Shown here: piece after piece, positions 17,567-28,998 of the stretch
Position numbering within the stretch: position 1 is the stretch's first letter
Layout: every line of letters begins with the position of its first letter
DNA from: an uncultured bacterium
GTDB lineage: Bacteria; CAZSTA01
DNA length: 45,796 nucleotides
Direction: 5' to 3'
Assembly (NCBI GenBank): GCA_964609495.1
Contig: CAZSTA010000004.1
Coordinates: 1 to 45,796 of the forward strand
The notes under the pieces: generated by a model
Told to the model about the DNA's origin: nothing
Database searches by the model: none
The model's input: the letters and a program-made list of their open reading frames with translations, nothing else
Translations under genes and position numbers: made by a program

Positions 17567-18385
17567 TCACTTGCTTTTCGGGAGGAGATATTTATTGCTC
17601 AGAACTTCGCTTATCTTCTCCGCTATAACTCGTTGACCATAAGCAGTCGGATGTATTCCATCGGGATGTATTAAATCTTCCTCAGCTCTCTTTGAGAACT
17701 CTTCATTAATATCGATAAGACCGAGGTTCGATTTCCCTGCTACTTCTCTTATAGCCTGATTATAAAGTTCATAAATTTGGATCTGATCTAGGAGCGTATC
17801 CCTATCTTTCCTGCCGATGAAAGCCCCTTCTTTTACAGTGCTAGTGGTCATAAGGAAAATCTCCGCTTCACTATTCTCCTCGATCCTCGATATGATTGTA
17901 TGAAGCGTGTCCTTAAATTGATCTATCGGAACACGAGGTTTAAGCCTTAAATTTTCTACCCCTAGTAATTCTCCTTTGAATCCGCTCTTCACTACCCTTC
18001 TCAACTTCTCCAGCCATTTGGCTTTACATAATCTTCGATAGGCAGGGATAAGGCGATGTAGCTTCCTATCAACCTTACCTATTAGGATTAAGAGATTTTT
18101 CGCCATCCCCTCCTGTTTTTCAGGTTGAACTAGATAGCCATCGTTAAGACCAAAGCTGACTAAGACAAGATCGGGGTTAAGCTCGAGAACATCCCTGGAT
18201 AATCTTTCCAAACCTTGATGGGCTATATTACCTGAAACTCCAGCGTTGATAACTATTATATCATCCCTTTTGAGCTTTTCCCTTAATCTCCTCTGAAGTA
18301 TATAGGTATAAGTCTCATTCTCAGCTAATCCCTCACCATAAGTTACCGAATCCCCGAGAGCCACTATCCTTTCAGGAAAGGGCAT
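17567..18385 (-). CDS. SGNH/GDSL hydrolase
   Basis: GDSVTYG, NAGVSG, GLND, DGIHP blocks. Confidence 0.9.
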   Translation of the reverse strand: MPFPERIVALGDSVTYGEGLAENETYTYILQRRLREKLKRDDIIVINAGVSGNIAHQGLERLSRDVLELNPDLVLVSFGLNDGYLVQPEKQEGMAKNLLILIGKVDRKLHRLIPAYRRLCKAKWLEKLRRVVKSGFKGELLGVENLRLKPRVPIDQFKDTLHTIISRIEENSEAEIFLMTTSTVKEGAFIGRKDRDTLLDQIQIYELYNQAIREVAGKSNLGLIDINEEFSKRAEEDLIHPDGIHPTAYGQRVIAEKISEVLSNKYLLPKSK

Positions 18386-18427
18386 AAAGATAACCCCTTT
18401 GCGAACATCCGTTTAGACCAATTTCTA

Positions 18428-18456
18428 ATTATAGCATATCTTTGTAAGTTTAGCAA
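18428..18456 (-). promoter_or_regulatory. Sigma70 promoter for the SGNH-ychF-rpsF operon
   Basis: Minus strand TTGCTA-17 nt-TATAAT with extended -10 TG. Confidence 0.7.
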
Positions 18457-18504
18457 CCCCTAATTTTCACCCCCAAGTATTTAAATCGTGCTGAGAAATA
18501 GTTA

Positions 18505-19374
18505 TCACTTATATCTGATATCAAGACTGCCCACCCCAGATGTAACCTCTAAATCTAGCTTAGCAGAAGCCTCATCATAATTGTCTGTTTTGTATTCTCT
18601 CCCGTTGATCTTCTCGAAACTACTCGGAAGATCTAATGAACCTAAGGCAGAAGATCTTTTCAGATGAACTCCTAATCCTTTGGGAACTATGACTTTAATG
18701 CTGGAGGCTCCAGACTTTATCACTGCCTCGGTCTTCTCTACCTTGTCCCCAAAGATTACAGTAATGCTACTCGCCCCAGTGCTTAAGCGGAACTTAGTGA
18801 GCTTCAAAGAGCTGAAGTCAAGGTTCATATTGCCCGCTCCGCTATTCAATTCTAATTTAAGAGGAGCATCATCGATAAGCTTTAAATCCCAATCGATGCC
18901 CTTCATCCTATCCTCTCTTCTCTGTTTAATCTCTACTTCAGCTCTTCCATTCCTGTAATCATAATCGATTACTGATCTTGCCTTGCGGAATTCACCTTCG
19001 TAGAGCTTATCAGAAGTAGCGGATATATCAAGCTCGCCAGCCCCTATGCTTACTTCAAAATCAGCTTCTTTTATACCAGTTGGTAAATCCTTGCTATACT
19101 CCTCCGTTGGAGCTATCCTATCTCTGGTAGGACCTCCCCAAAGGAGTAAGACCAGAACGATCGCTAGAATTATGAGAACAGTAGTAGAATTCAAGGGTTT
19201 GATCTTGCCCTCGCGTTGGAGGATTCCTAAACCTATGAAGATCAAGGCAAGGGGCCAGAGTCTCCAAATTCTCGCTAGTGATCCCCATGACAGAACTCCG
19301 ATTGCGCCAAGGAGTAATATAACCCCTAAAACTACGACGAATGCCCCTATTAGAAATCGATCGTCTATTTTCAT
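18505..19374 (-). CDS. LiaF/DUF5668-like TM domain plus toast-rack beta domain protein
   Basis: RLWPLALIFIG TM motif; repeated GAG/GAS strands ending SGVGSLDI. Confidence 0.7.
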   Translation of the reverse strand: MKIDDRFLIGAFVVVLGVILLLGAIGVLSWGSLARIWRLWPLALIFIGLGILQREGKIKPLNSTTVLIILAIVLVLLLWGGPTRDRIAPTEEYSKDLPTGIKEADFEVSIGAGELDISATSDKLYEGEFRKARSVIDYDYRNGRAEVEIKQRREDRMKGIDWDLKLIDDAPLKLELNSGAGNMNLDFSSLKLTKFRLSTGASSITVIFGDKVEKTEAVIKSGASSIKVIVPKGLGVHLKRSSALGSLDLPSSFEKINGREYKTDNYDEASAKLDLEVTSGVGSLDIRYK

Positions 19375-19390
19375 CTTATCTACCTCCCAT

Positions 19391-21412
<2,022 letters not shown>

Positions 21413-21429
21413 TTATTCTTCCCTGGGGA

Positions 21430-21458
21430 GGCTGTCGGATCTTAGAGATCCGACAGCC
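21430..21458. other. Perfect 13-bp intergenic hairpin
   Basis: GGCTGTCGGATCT-TAG-AGATCCGACAGCC; no U-tract follows on the transcribed strand. Confidence 0.6.
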
Positions 21459-21470
21459 ACAAAAGTTAGG

Positions 21471-22436
21471 CTAACCAGCAATATCAACCTGTTTCCCACT
21501 CTCGATTGACTCGTTCACTGCTAAGCTCACAGCTAAACTCTTAACTCCGTCGGAGTAAGGGCATCTTATCTTGGAAGCATCCTTGGTCCTTACCGCCTCT
21601 ACGAATATCTGATCTTCTCGGAGATAAGGGTTCAAGATGCTTCTATACTCCTCACTCCTTCCCCTTTCGATGAACTTCACATATTGGCTTGCCATCTCCA
21701 CCGTCAAGTTCTTGGCGAACAGTTTGAGTCCCACTTCACCGCTCCCAGAGATACAGGCGGAAGCAATATGTCCGATAGCCCCATTCTCAAACTCAAGTAT
21801 AGCTAAGCTTGCATCCTCCACATCATAATTCTCGAACTCGGTGTTCAATCCAACGAATCCTCTCGCGAAAACGCTCTTCACATCTCCTATCATATAGCGA
21901 GCTAGATCGAAGATATGAGTCGTCTGCTCAACAGCTTGTCCTCCAGATTGCTCCTTTCTTCGCCACCAAGCTACTCCTGGCGTTCCGCCTAGCCAAGCTC
22001 CCAGAGCCATGGCGATCTTCTTGCCTTCCAATAGCTGTTTAGCTCTATCGGTGGTATCGAGATATCGCCAGTTATAACCTACGCTAGAGATAACACCTGC
22101 TTTCTCGATAGCTCCCTCTATCTCCTTAGCCTTCTCCAGAGTCACCGCGATGGGTTTCTCCACCATTATAGCTATTCCCTTCTCAGCGGCTATCAACTCT
22201 TGCTCCTCGTGAGCGAAGGGAGGAATACAGATGTAGATCGCGTCCAGCTTCTCCTTGTCAAGCATCTCCTTATAATCCGTATAAGCTACACCTCCGAATC
22301 TCTTAGCCGCTTTCTCCGCCTTCTCCTTCACTACATCACATAGAGCGGTGATCTTGGCTTCCTCGATCTGCTCCAACTGATTAAAATGAAAATTGGCGAT
22401 ACCTCCCGTGCCTATAAAACCGATACTTACAGACAT
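21471..22436 (-). CDS. Gfo/Idh/MocA family oxidoreductase
   Basis: IGFIGTGGIA, VEKP, SGGQAVEQTTHIFD. Confidence 0.92.
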   Translation of the reverse strand: MSVSIGFIGTGGIANFHFNQLEQIEEAKITALCDVVKEKAEKAAKRFGGVAYTDYKEMLDKEKLDAIYICIPPFAHEEQELIAAEKGIAIMVEKPIAVTLEKAKEIEGAIEKAGVISSVGYNWRYLDTTDRAKQLLEGKKIAMALGAWLGGTPGVAWWRRKEQSGGQAVEQTTHIFDLARYMIGDVKSVFARGFVGLNTEFENYDVEDASLAILEFENGAIGHIASACISGSGEVGLKLFAKNLTVEMASQYVKFIERGRSEEYRSILNPYLREDQIFVEAVRTKDASKIRCPYSDGVKSLAVSLAVNESIESGKQVDIAG

Positions 22437-22593
22437 TGATATGCCTCCTTTTAGTTAAAAGATAGTTACTGATAAAAATATAAGACCCATTAGATTCCGA
22501 AGAGTTGCCCGAAGCCTGCCTACGCACTAATTGTTCTATTACAACAAATCCGCTATTCATCTCCTCTCCATTCTTCGGCGTAAAAAAAATCAA

Positions 22594-23220
22594 CTACCCT
22601 TTAGAAAATATGCTTAGCCAAAAGAAGTGATTCTTTACCTTCCAGTTTTGCAGCTTGGATTGGCTCAATAAATCTTTTATCTCTTTTGGTGTATAAGAAG
22701 CTCTAACATGTTTTGAAAAAATGCCCAACCAAGATCTTCTAAAATCGCTGATTAAGAACTTACCTTTGGGCTTAAGAACCCGCTGGATTTCATTAAACAT
22801 TCTTATTGGATTCTTTATCAAATGAAGGGTGTTACTGCTGATAACTAAATCAAATGTGTCATCCTCAAGGGGCATATTCTCAGCATCGCCCTTTTCGAAG
22901 GAAACCCTCAAAGATGCTCCACTTTTTTGAACATTATCTCTGGCTAACTCTAATACCACATCAGAAAGGTCCAAACCTATAACTCTCACTTCAGGAATTC
23001 TTTTGGCAAATTCGATGGCAAGTAAACCTGGCCCGGTTCCCACGTCCAGAACTTTGCTATCAGTTATTCCCCATTTTTTAGCTGCAGAGACAAAACTCTT
23101 AGACACACTCCGCATCCATTTCTCAGTTTCTTTATTATATCTTCTCGCAGTTTCTATGTCTTCAAAGACTCCATGCTCAAGTGGTTTCCTCTTTACCATG
23201 AATGTATTCTCCTTCTCCAT
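22594..23220 (-). CDS. Class I SAM-dependent methyltransferase
   Basis: VLDVGTGPG, GDAENMP, FDLVIS, RVLKPKG. Confidence 0.9.
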   Translation of the reverse strand: MEKENTFMVKRKPLEHGVFEDIETARRYNKETEKWMRSVSKSFVSAAKKWGITDSKVLDVGTGPGLLAIEFAKRIPEVRVIGLDLSDVVLELARDNVQKSGASLRVSFEKGDAENMPLEDDTFDLVISSNTLHLIKNPIRMFNEIQRVLKPKGKFLISDFRRSWLGIFSKHVRASYTPKEIKDLLSQSKLQNWKVKNHFFWLSIFSKG

Positions 23221-23300
23221 CCCGAAAAGGCGAGATCCGGAATTTAATATAACGTTTTACGAATAAAAGAAGTTCACCTAAGTGGAGTTAACTGTCGTTT

Positions 23301-23771
23301 TTAATCTCTATTTCTACGTTGTAACAGCCGTATAATCCCCAGCAAGAAATTCACTCTTGGCACCTTTTGCATATAGCGTCTGTAGTCATCACCAAACTTC
23401 TCGATATTTAACTGGTCTGCTGATAGAATAATTAGGTAGACGCAAACAATAGCCACAATAGCACTAATTACAATTATCCAATTTTGAAGGAGGAAAATAT
23501 GAGAAAGGAACATCACTATCCCGCCTAAATACATTGGATGCCGAACAATACCGTAGATTCCGCTGTCAATGATATTACTAGTACCTTTTATACGAAGCGT
23601 AAATATAGATAGAAGAACAAATAACGCACCGATCACAAGTATTATCCATCCTACAACTACCAATTCTTTGATGATCGGAACAATATCTAGCAACCAGGAC
23701 AATAATATATTCAGAAAAAAACAGATTCCTACAATACTCATCAAAATGTTGTCTTTTGTCTCTCGCCTCAT
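23301..23771 (-). CDS. Isoprenylcysteine carboxyl methyltransferase / PEMT family membrane protein
   Basis: SGIYGIVRHPMYLG; KFGDDYRRYMQKVPR. Confidence 0.85.
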   Translation of the reverse strand: MRRETKDNILMSIVGICFFLNILLSWLLDIVPIIKELVVVGWIILVIGALFVLLSIFTLRIKGTSNIIDSGIYGIVRHPMYLGGIVMFLSHIFLLQNWIIVISAIVAIVCVYLIILSADQLNIEKFGDDYRRYMQKVPRVNFLLGIIRLLQRRNRD

Positions 23772-24418
23772 ATTCTATACTCCCGATTTCTTCCAATCGC
23801 CTTCCAATTTTTGATTAACATTATTAAACCATATACTCCTACTCCAAAGAGAACACAATCCTCATAGCATTCAAGCGCTCCTAGACACTTACCAACGCTC
23901 GTCAGGGCCCAAGGCAGAAGTAATATATAGACCTTCTTATCAACCTTTGGTATCGCTCCTGCGACCAGCGCAAGGGCGAATACTGTTAATGGACAAGGCA
24001 TCATAGGTGTGCAGGTTTTTGGGTAATAATGTCCAAGAGCCAATCCAATTAATGGATATAAGAACACCAACAGAATCCAGACGATCGTCAGATACTTTTG
24101 CCATTTCACATCAGGAAGTCTAAACTCGATTTTCCTCGTGAATATATCCACAGCAAACAGAATCGCCACAATGATGAATAAGGGGGCTCCGAAAAAAGTA
24201 GCCATCGGACTCTTAGCGAAGATCAGGAAATATACTATACCATTCCAAACAAAGGCAAATGAGAGGAATGTTTTCATAAGATCGTTTGCCCTAGTGCTAG
24301 GTTTAGCGAATACAAGGTATATCAAAATCAATGCTATAATTACCATAATTATTTGCACTAGAGAAGTTGCTTCATTGTATGCTCCAATTTGATTCCAAAA
24401 TGTCTCTGTAGTTGGCAT
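23768..24418 (-). CDS. Membrane protein (DUF6064-like)
   Basis: FWNQIGAYN start, WNGIVYF, LYPLIG, PCPLT motifs; multi-TM. Confidence 0.6.
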   Translation of the reverse strand: MPTTETFWNQIGAYNEATSLVQIIMVIIALILIYLVFAKPSTRANDLMKTFLSFAFVWNGIVYFLIFAKSPMATFFGAPLFIIVAILFAVDIFTRKIEFRLPDVKWQKYLTIVWILLVFLYPLIGLALGHYYPKTCTPMMPCPLTVFALALVAGAIPKVDKKVYILLLPWALTSVGKCLGALECYEDCVLFGVGVYGLIMLIKNWKAIGRNREYRI

Positions 24419-24456
24419 ATTAAAACCTCTTTTTTCAAATTAACAGATAGGAGCGA

Positions 24457-24681
24457 TCATAATTTTTCCTGCCGATCTTTATGAATATGTCGTAAGTAAT
24501 CAGTGAGTATGTAATGCCAAACTGCCTCGATCAAGAAAAATGCCGCGAGAAATCCGAAGGCTGCAGACCACCATCGCGAGGCAAAATACGACCAGAGGAG
24601 AATCATAATTATGCCCGAAATCAAATTAAATGTTCCAACTAACTCTGTGCCTGAGAATATCTCCTTTAAAAAGTTTTTCAT
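24457..24681 (-). CDS. Small hypothetical membrane protein
   Basis: 74 aa, two hydrophobic segments, GAGG RBS. Confidence 0.55.
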   Translation of the reverse strand: MKNFLKEIFSGTELVGTFNLISGIIMILLWSYFASRWWSAAFGFLAAFFLIEAVWHYILTDYLRHIHKDRQEKL

Positions 24682-24793
24682 AGTTTATCAACCTCTTTTT
24701 CATTTTTTGGCTTTTAGCGGGCGAAGCCCGTAGCGTATATGTAGATTTGTCAATGAATAAAATCTTAACTTTATGACCTACTGAGATATAATT

Positions 24794-24904
24794 CCCCCCT
24801 TACCCTAGCCCTCTCCCACTAGGGGAGAGGGAACATCGATCGAGATAGAGCTGATCTCTTTAGTTCCCCCTCCCTTGATGGGAGGGGGTTAGGGGGGAGG
24901 GTGG
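24794..24904. repeat. REP-like doublet palindrome, intact copy
   Basis: CCCTTACCCTAGCCCTCTCCCACTAGGGGAGAGGG...CCCCCTCCCTTGATGGGAGGGGGTTAGGGGGGAGGG. Confidence 0.85.
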
Positions 24905-25061
24905 TTTAAGATGGTTTCGAGATCTAACAAGAGAAAAATCTTCAATAGTCCCATTAATTCGGCAAAAACCAAGAGGGGGGGCGATTTAAGGTGAATTCAA
25001 GATCCGATCTGATCTCGAACATCTCAGATAAAAATTTGAAACTACTCAAATATCCCAGCTT

Positions 25062-25090
25062 ATTATATCATAGAATCGGGGTAAAAGCAA
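25062..25090 (-). promoter_or_regulatory. Sigma70 promoter
   Basis: Minus strand TTGCTT-17 nt-TATAAT with extended TG. Confidence 0.6.
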
Positions 25091-25156
25091 TATCGGGATT
25101 GTGATGATTTTTTGCTCTCTGGACTTACTATGTCAAGCCGAAGATGAGCTTGAAGG

Positions 25157-26938
25157 CTATTCTTTGACCTCGATCAACCAGGCTTGATGGGTAGCACCGG
25201 CATCATTTTCCACTATTATCTCCGCCCTGTATTTACCAGCTTTTCGAGGTATCCAAGTTATCTTACCGCTTCGGGGATCGATCCTTAAATCGACTGGGAG
25301 TAGAGCTGACCAGAGGATCGGTTCATCCCCTATCGCTTTCGCTCTTCTATCTTCATCATAGTTATAAACTTCTCCTACTTTGGCGATTCCTCGGGGAAAG
25401 GAAACTATAGCCGGAGGGATAACTGGATCAAGCTTATATAATATTATTCCCTTTCCCTCTTGAAAATTATCATCGCGAAATTGAAATATCACTCCTGCGG
25501 TATTATAGCGAAAGTAGAGGTCGGGATGATAGGCAAAGTATTCGCTTCTTTTTCTTCCCTCTGTAGGAGCTAACTTAGCTATTCCTATATATTCTCGACC
25601 GTTCCACTGCTCTAAGGAGGTCGGGTTATAGGAGATATAATCTAAGCAGATAATATAAGGATTATCGAGATTGGGAGGATTAAAGGAGATATTAGCACTG
25701 TAAGTATCCGCTTGCATCTTATCCCCCTGATCGTCCCATTCTCTGGGGTGAAAGGTGAAGCTACCTCTGGACATCTCCCAACGCGCCAGATTGGCGAAAG
25801 TTAGCAGAATAGAGCCATCTATCTCCCCCTGGTAATCTTCAAGGATGCTCTTTACTATAGAATATATACTGGGATTATACGGAGTGAGATTGAGCCAGCG
25901 ACCGATCTGAGATTGATAGTCGGGAGAATTAGTAGAGCCTTCACCATCCACATAGTCGCATATAGTCTGAGAGTCGATATATATGTTATTAAAGAAGGTA
26001 TTCGCGAAACATCTCATATCCTCTTCGGTAAAAACTATCCCCGCCAAGTAGCACTGGATAGCGAAATCAACAACGATAGCCGCATGGGATATATCCTCTA
26101 TCTCGCCTTTCCTCCCATATTTGTTCCATATATAGGAGTTATTATCAGTTAAATGCAAAGATTTCTTGATATGATAGGCTAAACGCGCTATTTTGTCCAA
26201 ATATTCGTCCTTCCCAGTTGCTCTATAGAGGAAAACTAGGGTGCGACCCATAGCGGCAGAGTGATTGAGAGGTAATTCTCTTTCTTCTTGGAAAGCATAA
26301 TCCTTCGGAGAGATGTAATAACCCTCGTCTGAATAGACCCTCCACTGATCGTTATGAGCTTCTACGGTCTCCTCAATTTTAGCTAGGTATAAATCTGCTT
26401 TCTCTCTATACGTTCTTCCATCATAAGTCGTTTCATACCATAGAACTCGATCGTTATATACTAGATAGACGAATTTAGCTATCGGATAGGTTATCATTCC
26501 GGAGTGAACCAGATAGCAACGAGGCTTATCGGAATAGGATATATTTATCCAACAAGGATTTATCAACCCTCTATAATCTTTAATTCCTCGAACATCATCT
26601 CTTTTATTCAACACGTTATCTATATGATCGGCAAGTTTATCTAAATAATATACCTCTCTCGTTTTTTCATACATAGATATATAGCCCATCATTATATATG
26701 ACTCTCCCCAGGCTAGAGTGCCATATTCATTATCGGAATGTTTGTAGCCATTGCCATTATTGAGTTTGGCATCTAGCTTATCGAAAGTTAAACGTGCTGT
26801 TACCGAGGAAGCTATTTGGAAGGTAGGGAAAAACAAAGATATCGAAATTAAAATGAGAATAACACTCAACTTAGATGACATATCCATCTGACCTCGCTCT
26901 AAGATAGTTTTAGTTCTATCTACCGTTTTTATTGACAT
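25157..26938 (-). CDS. Secreted protein, probable alpha/alpha-toroid (glycoside-hydrolase-like) domain with C-terminal Ig-like domain
   Basis: Signal peptide from M at 26881/26887 (likely true start); LYRATGKDEYLD-type repeats; C-terminal IDPRSGKITWIP...G.Y motif. Confidence 0.6.
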   Translation of the reverse strand: MSIKTVDRTKTILERGQMDMSSKLSVILILISISLFFPTFQIASSVTARLTFDKLDAKLNNGNGYKHSDNEYGTLAWGESYIMMGYISMYEKTREVYYLDKLADHIDNVLNKRDDVRGIKDYRGLINPCWINISYSDKPRCYLVHSGMITYPIAKFVYLVYNDRVLWYETTYDGRTYREKADLYLAKIEETVEAHNDQWRVYSDEGYYISPKDYAFQEERELPLNHSAAMGRTLVFLYRATGKDEYLDKIARLAYHIKKSLHLTDNNSYIWNKYGRKGEIEDISHAAIVVDFAIQCYLAGIVFTEEDMRCFANTFFNNIYIDSQTICDYVDGEGSTNSPDYQSQIGRWLNLTPYNPSIYSIVKSILEDYQGEIDGSILLTFANLARWEMSRGSFTFHPREWDDQGDKMQADTYSANISFNPPNLDNPYIICLDYISYNPTSLEQWNGREYIGIAKLAPTEGRKRSEYFAYHPDLYFRYNTAGVIFQFRDDNFQEGKGIILYKLDPVIPPAIVSFPRGIAKVGEVYNYDEDRRAKAIGDEPILWSALLPVDLRIDPRSGKITWIPRKAGKYRAEIIVENDAGATHQAWLIEVKE

Positions 26939-26960
26939 TTAGTTTCAAATAATGTATAAT
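26932..26960 (+). promoter_or_regulatory. Consensus sigma70 promoter for the PAS-STAS gene
   Basis: TTGACA-17 nt-TATAAT. Confidence 0.8.
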
Positions 26961-27045
26961 ATGAACTCAAATGTCGCATAAAAGTTTTTGTCTGAAATTT
27001 GCGAGCGGTATCGAACATACTTTGAAATGAAAGGAAGGCAATAAA

Positions 27046-28488
27046 GTGATCGGAAACAACTATGAATTGACGCCTGAGGATAAGGCAATTCTGGCGGAGA
27101 TTAAGGATCGGCTGGAGCCTCATCGCGATGAGATCGCTGGCAAGTGGAATCATCTGCTGGAGGAGACCGGATTGCTGGAGGGGCTTTCCCTTCCAGCGGA
27201 GAAGGTCTTCGATCTCACGACCCAATGGGCGGCAGAGGCTTACTTCTCATCGCTGGAGGAGGAGCTGCGGGAGAGTGAGGAGACAATGCGAGCGCTCCTG
27301 AACGCTACTACCGATTTTGTAAGCCTGACAGAACTTGATGGGACTATAATAGCTATCAATGAAACAGGAGCTCGGAGACTTGGCAAGAGTGTAGATGAAC
27401 TTATCGGTACACGCATTTTTGATTATTTCCCACCTGAGGTAACGGGATCCAGAAAAGCGCTAACTGATGAGCTTATTCGCTCAAGGAAGCCTATTCGCTT
27501 CGAAGATGAGCGTAGAGGAATGATTTTAGAAAACTGTGTCTATCCAGTCTTCAGTGATGAAGGAAAGATTGAGCGAGTAGCCACTTTCTCTCGAGACATC
27601 ACCGAGCGCAAGCGGATGGAGGAGGCGTTGCGGGAGTCACAGCAGATGCTGCAATTGATTGTGGATAATATTCCCCAGTTCGCCTTCTGGAAGGATAGAA
27701 ACCTTGTCTATCTGGGCTGCAATAAAAAACTTGCTCAAGTCGTAGGTATTGAAAAGCCGGAGGACATTGTTGGTAAGACAGATTACGATATGCCATGGGA
27801 GAAGGAGCAAGCAGACTCCTACCGCGAGTATGATCGTCGGGTGATAGACACGGATACGCCTGAGTATAATATCATCGAGCCCATACTACAAGCAGATGGA
27901 AAGCGGGGTTGGGTAGAGATGAACAAGGTCCCCCTTCACGATTCGGAAGGAAGAGTTATAGGAATCCTTGGCACTTATGAAGATATCACCGAGCGCAAGC
28001 TAGCGGAGGAAGAGAGGGAGCGTCTGCAACAAGAGACTATCGAAGCTCAAGCAGCAGCCATTCGCGAGCTTGCCACCCCTATCGTGCCGATTCACGAGGG
28101 GATCATCATTATGCCTCTGGTGGGCAGTATAGACACCCGACGAGCCAGCCAAATTATGGAGATGCTACTGAGTGGCATCAGCGAACACCAAGCTAGCATA
28201 GTGCTTATAGACATCACCGGTGTGCCAGTGATGGACACAGGAGTGGCGAATCATCTGTTGGAGGTAGCGAAGGCAGCAAGGTTGCTGGGTTCGGAGGTGA
28301 TAATGGTAGGTATCAGGCCGGAGGTAGCCCAGACAATAGTGCATTTAGGAGTGGATTTGACCGGGATAATGACCAAGCAGAATTTACAGAGGGGTTTGGA
28401 GTATGCTTTTCGGGTTATGGAATTGCAGATAGGAAGACGCGAGGAGATGGGAGCCAAAGTTCCTATTCCTGAAGAAGAGAAGGGATAG
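27046..28488 (+). CDS. RsbR-like PAS-PAS-STAS sensor protein
   Basis: Two PAS/PAC domains (RDITERK, EDITERK); STAS IRELATPIVPI...PLVGSIDTRRA...DITGVPVMDT...GIRPEVAQTIV. Confidence 0.9.
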   Translation: MIGNNYELTPEDKAILAEIKDRLEPHRDEIAGKWNHLLEETGLLEGLSLPAEKVFDLTTQWAAEAYFSSLEEELRESEETMRALLNATTDFVSLTELDGTIIAINETGARRLGKSVDELIGTRIFDYFPPEVTGSRKALTDELIRSRKPIRFEDERRGMILENCVYPVFSDEGKIERVATFSRDITERKRMEEALRESQQMLQLIVDNIPQFAFWKDRNLVYLGCNKKLAQVVGIEKPEDIVGKTDYDMPWEKEQADSYREYDRRVIDTDTPEYNIIEPILQADGKRGWVEMNKVPLHDSEGRVIGILGTYEDITERKLAEEERERLQQETIEAQAAAIRELATPIVPIHEGIIIMPLVGSIDTRRASQIMEMLLSGISEHQASIVLIDITGVPVMDTGVANHLLEVAKAARLLGSEVIMVGIRPEVAQTIVHLGVDLTGIMTKQNLQRGLEYAFRVMELQIGRREEMGAKVPIPEEEKG

Positions 28489-28517
28489 TTCACAATGACC
28501 TAATATTCTTAGTCTTT

Positions 28518-28777
28518 CCCCTCACCCTAGCCCTCTCCCACCAGGGGAGAGGGAACATCGAGATGGAGCTTAAGTCTATGCTTTGCATTATCTCTCGTCC
28601 CCCTCCCTCGATGGGAGGTTCTGTCAAAAATTAGCTCTCTAAATTGAAGCTGAAGCTAGATTTTATATGGTCTCTTGACTACCCCCCCCACCTTTCATCG
28701 CACCAGTTCAGCAAATTTTCGACTTTTTTCATTCTATTTTTTACAGAGCCCGATGGGAGGGGGATAGGGTGAGGGTG
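28518..28777. repeat. REP-like doublet interrupted by a MITE
   Basis: Aligns with 24794-24904 once 28617-28758 is removed. Confidence 0.8.
28617..28750. mobile_element. 134-bp non-autonomous MITE with IS6/ISL3-like ends
   Basis: Terminal inverted repeats GGTTCTGTCAAAAAT and GGCTCTGTAAAAAAT (13/15); 8-bp direct repeat CGATGGGA at 28609-28616 and 28751-28758. Confidence 0.85.
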
Positions 28778-28840
28778 TAATACAAAGTAAATTGGATCTT
28801 AGATCCCAGATTTTATATGTACTTCTTCCCTCAATAGACC

Positions 28841-28869
28841 TTGACAACTCAGCGAATTATTGATATAAT
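28841..28869 (+). promoter_or_regulatory. Consensus sigma70 promoter for the sugar ABC operon
   Basis: TTGACA-17 nt-TATAAT with extended TG. Confidence 0.85.
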
Positions 28870-28998
28870 GGAAGAGGCTTCTTGGTAGTTATCAATCATC
28901 CATATTTACTTTAGAGGGGGTGATAATCCGAATTAAGTCGAATAGTTTCTCAACCATTAGTTTATCTGTAACAAATATCATCTTAAGGAGGAGATAAT

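Noticed and set aside
22440-24760. Integron cassette array
   Set aside because: No convincing RYYYAAC...GTTRRRY attC hairpins, no integrase, and two of the genes overlap
28920-28997. 25-aa uORF before the sugar-binding protein
   Set aside because: No properly spaced RBS and no recognisable motif; the GGGGGTGA is more likely a stand-alone SD-like sequence
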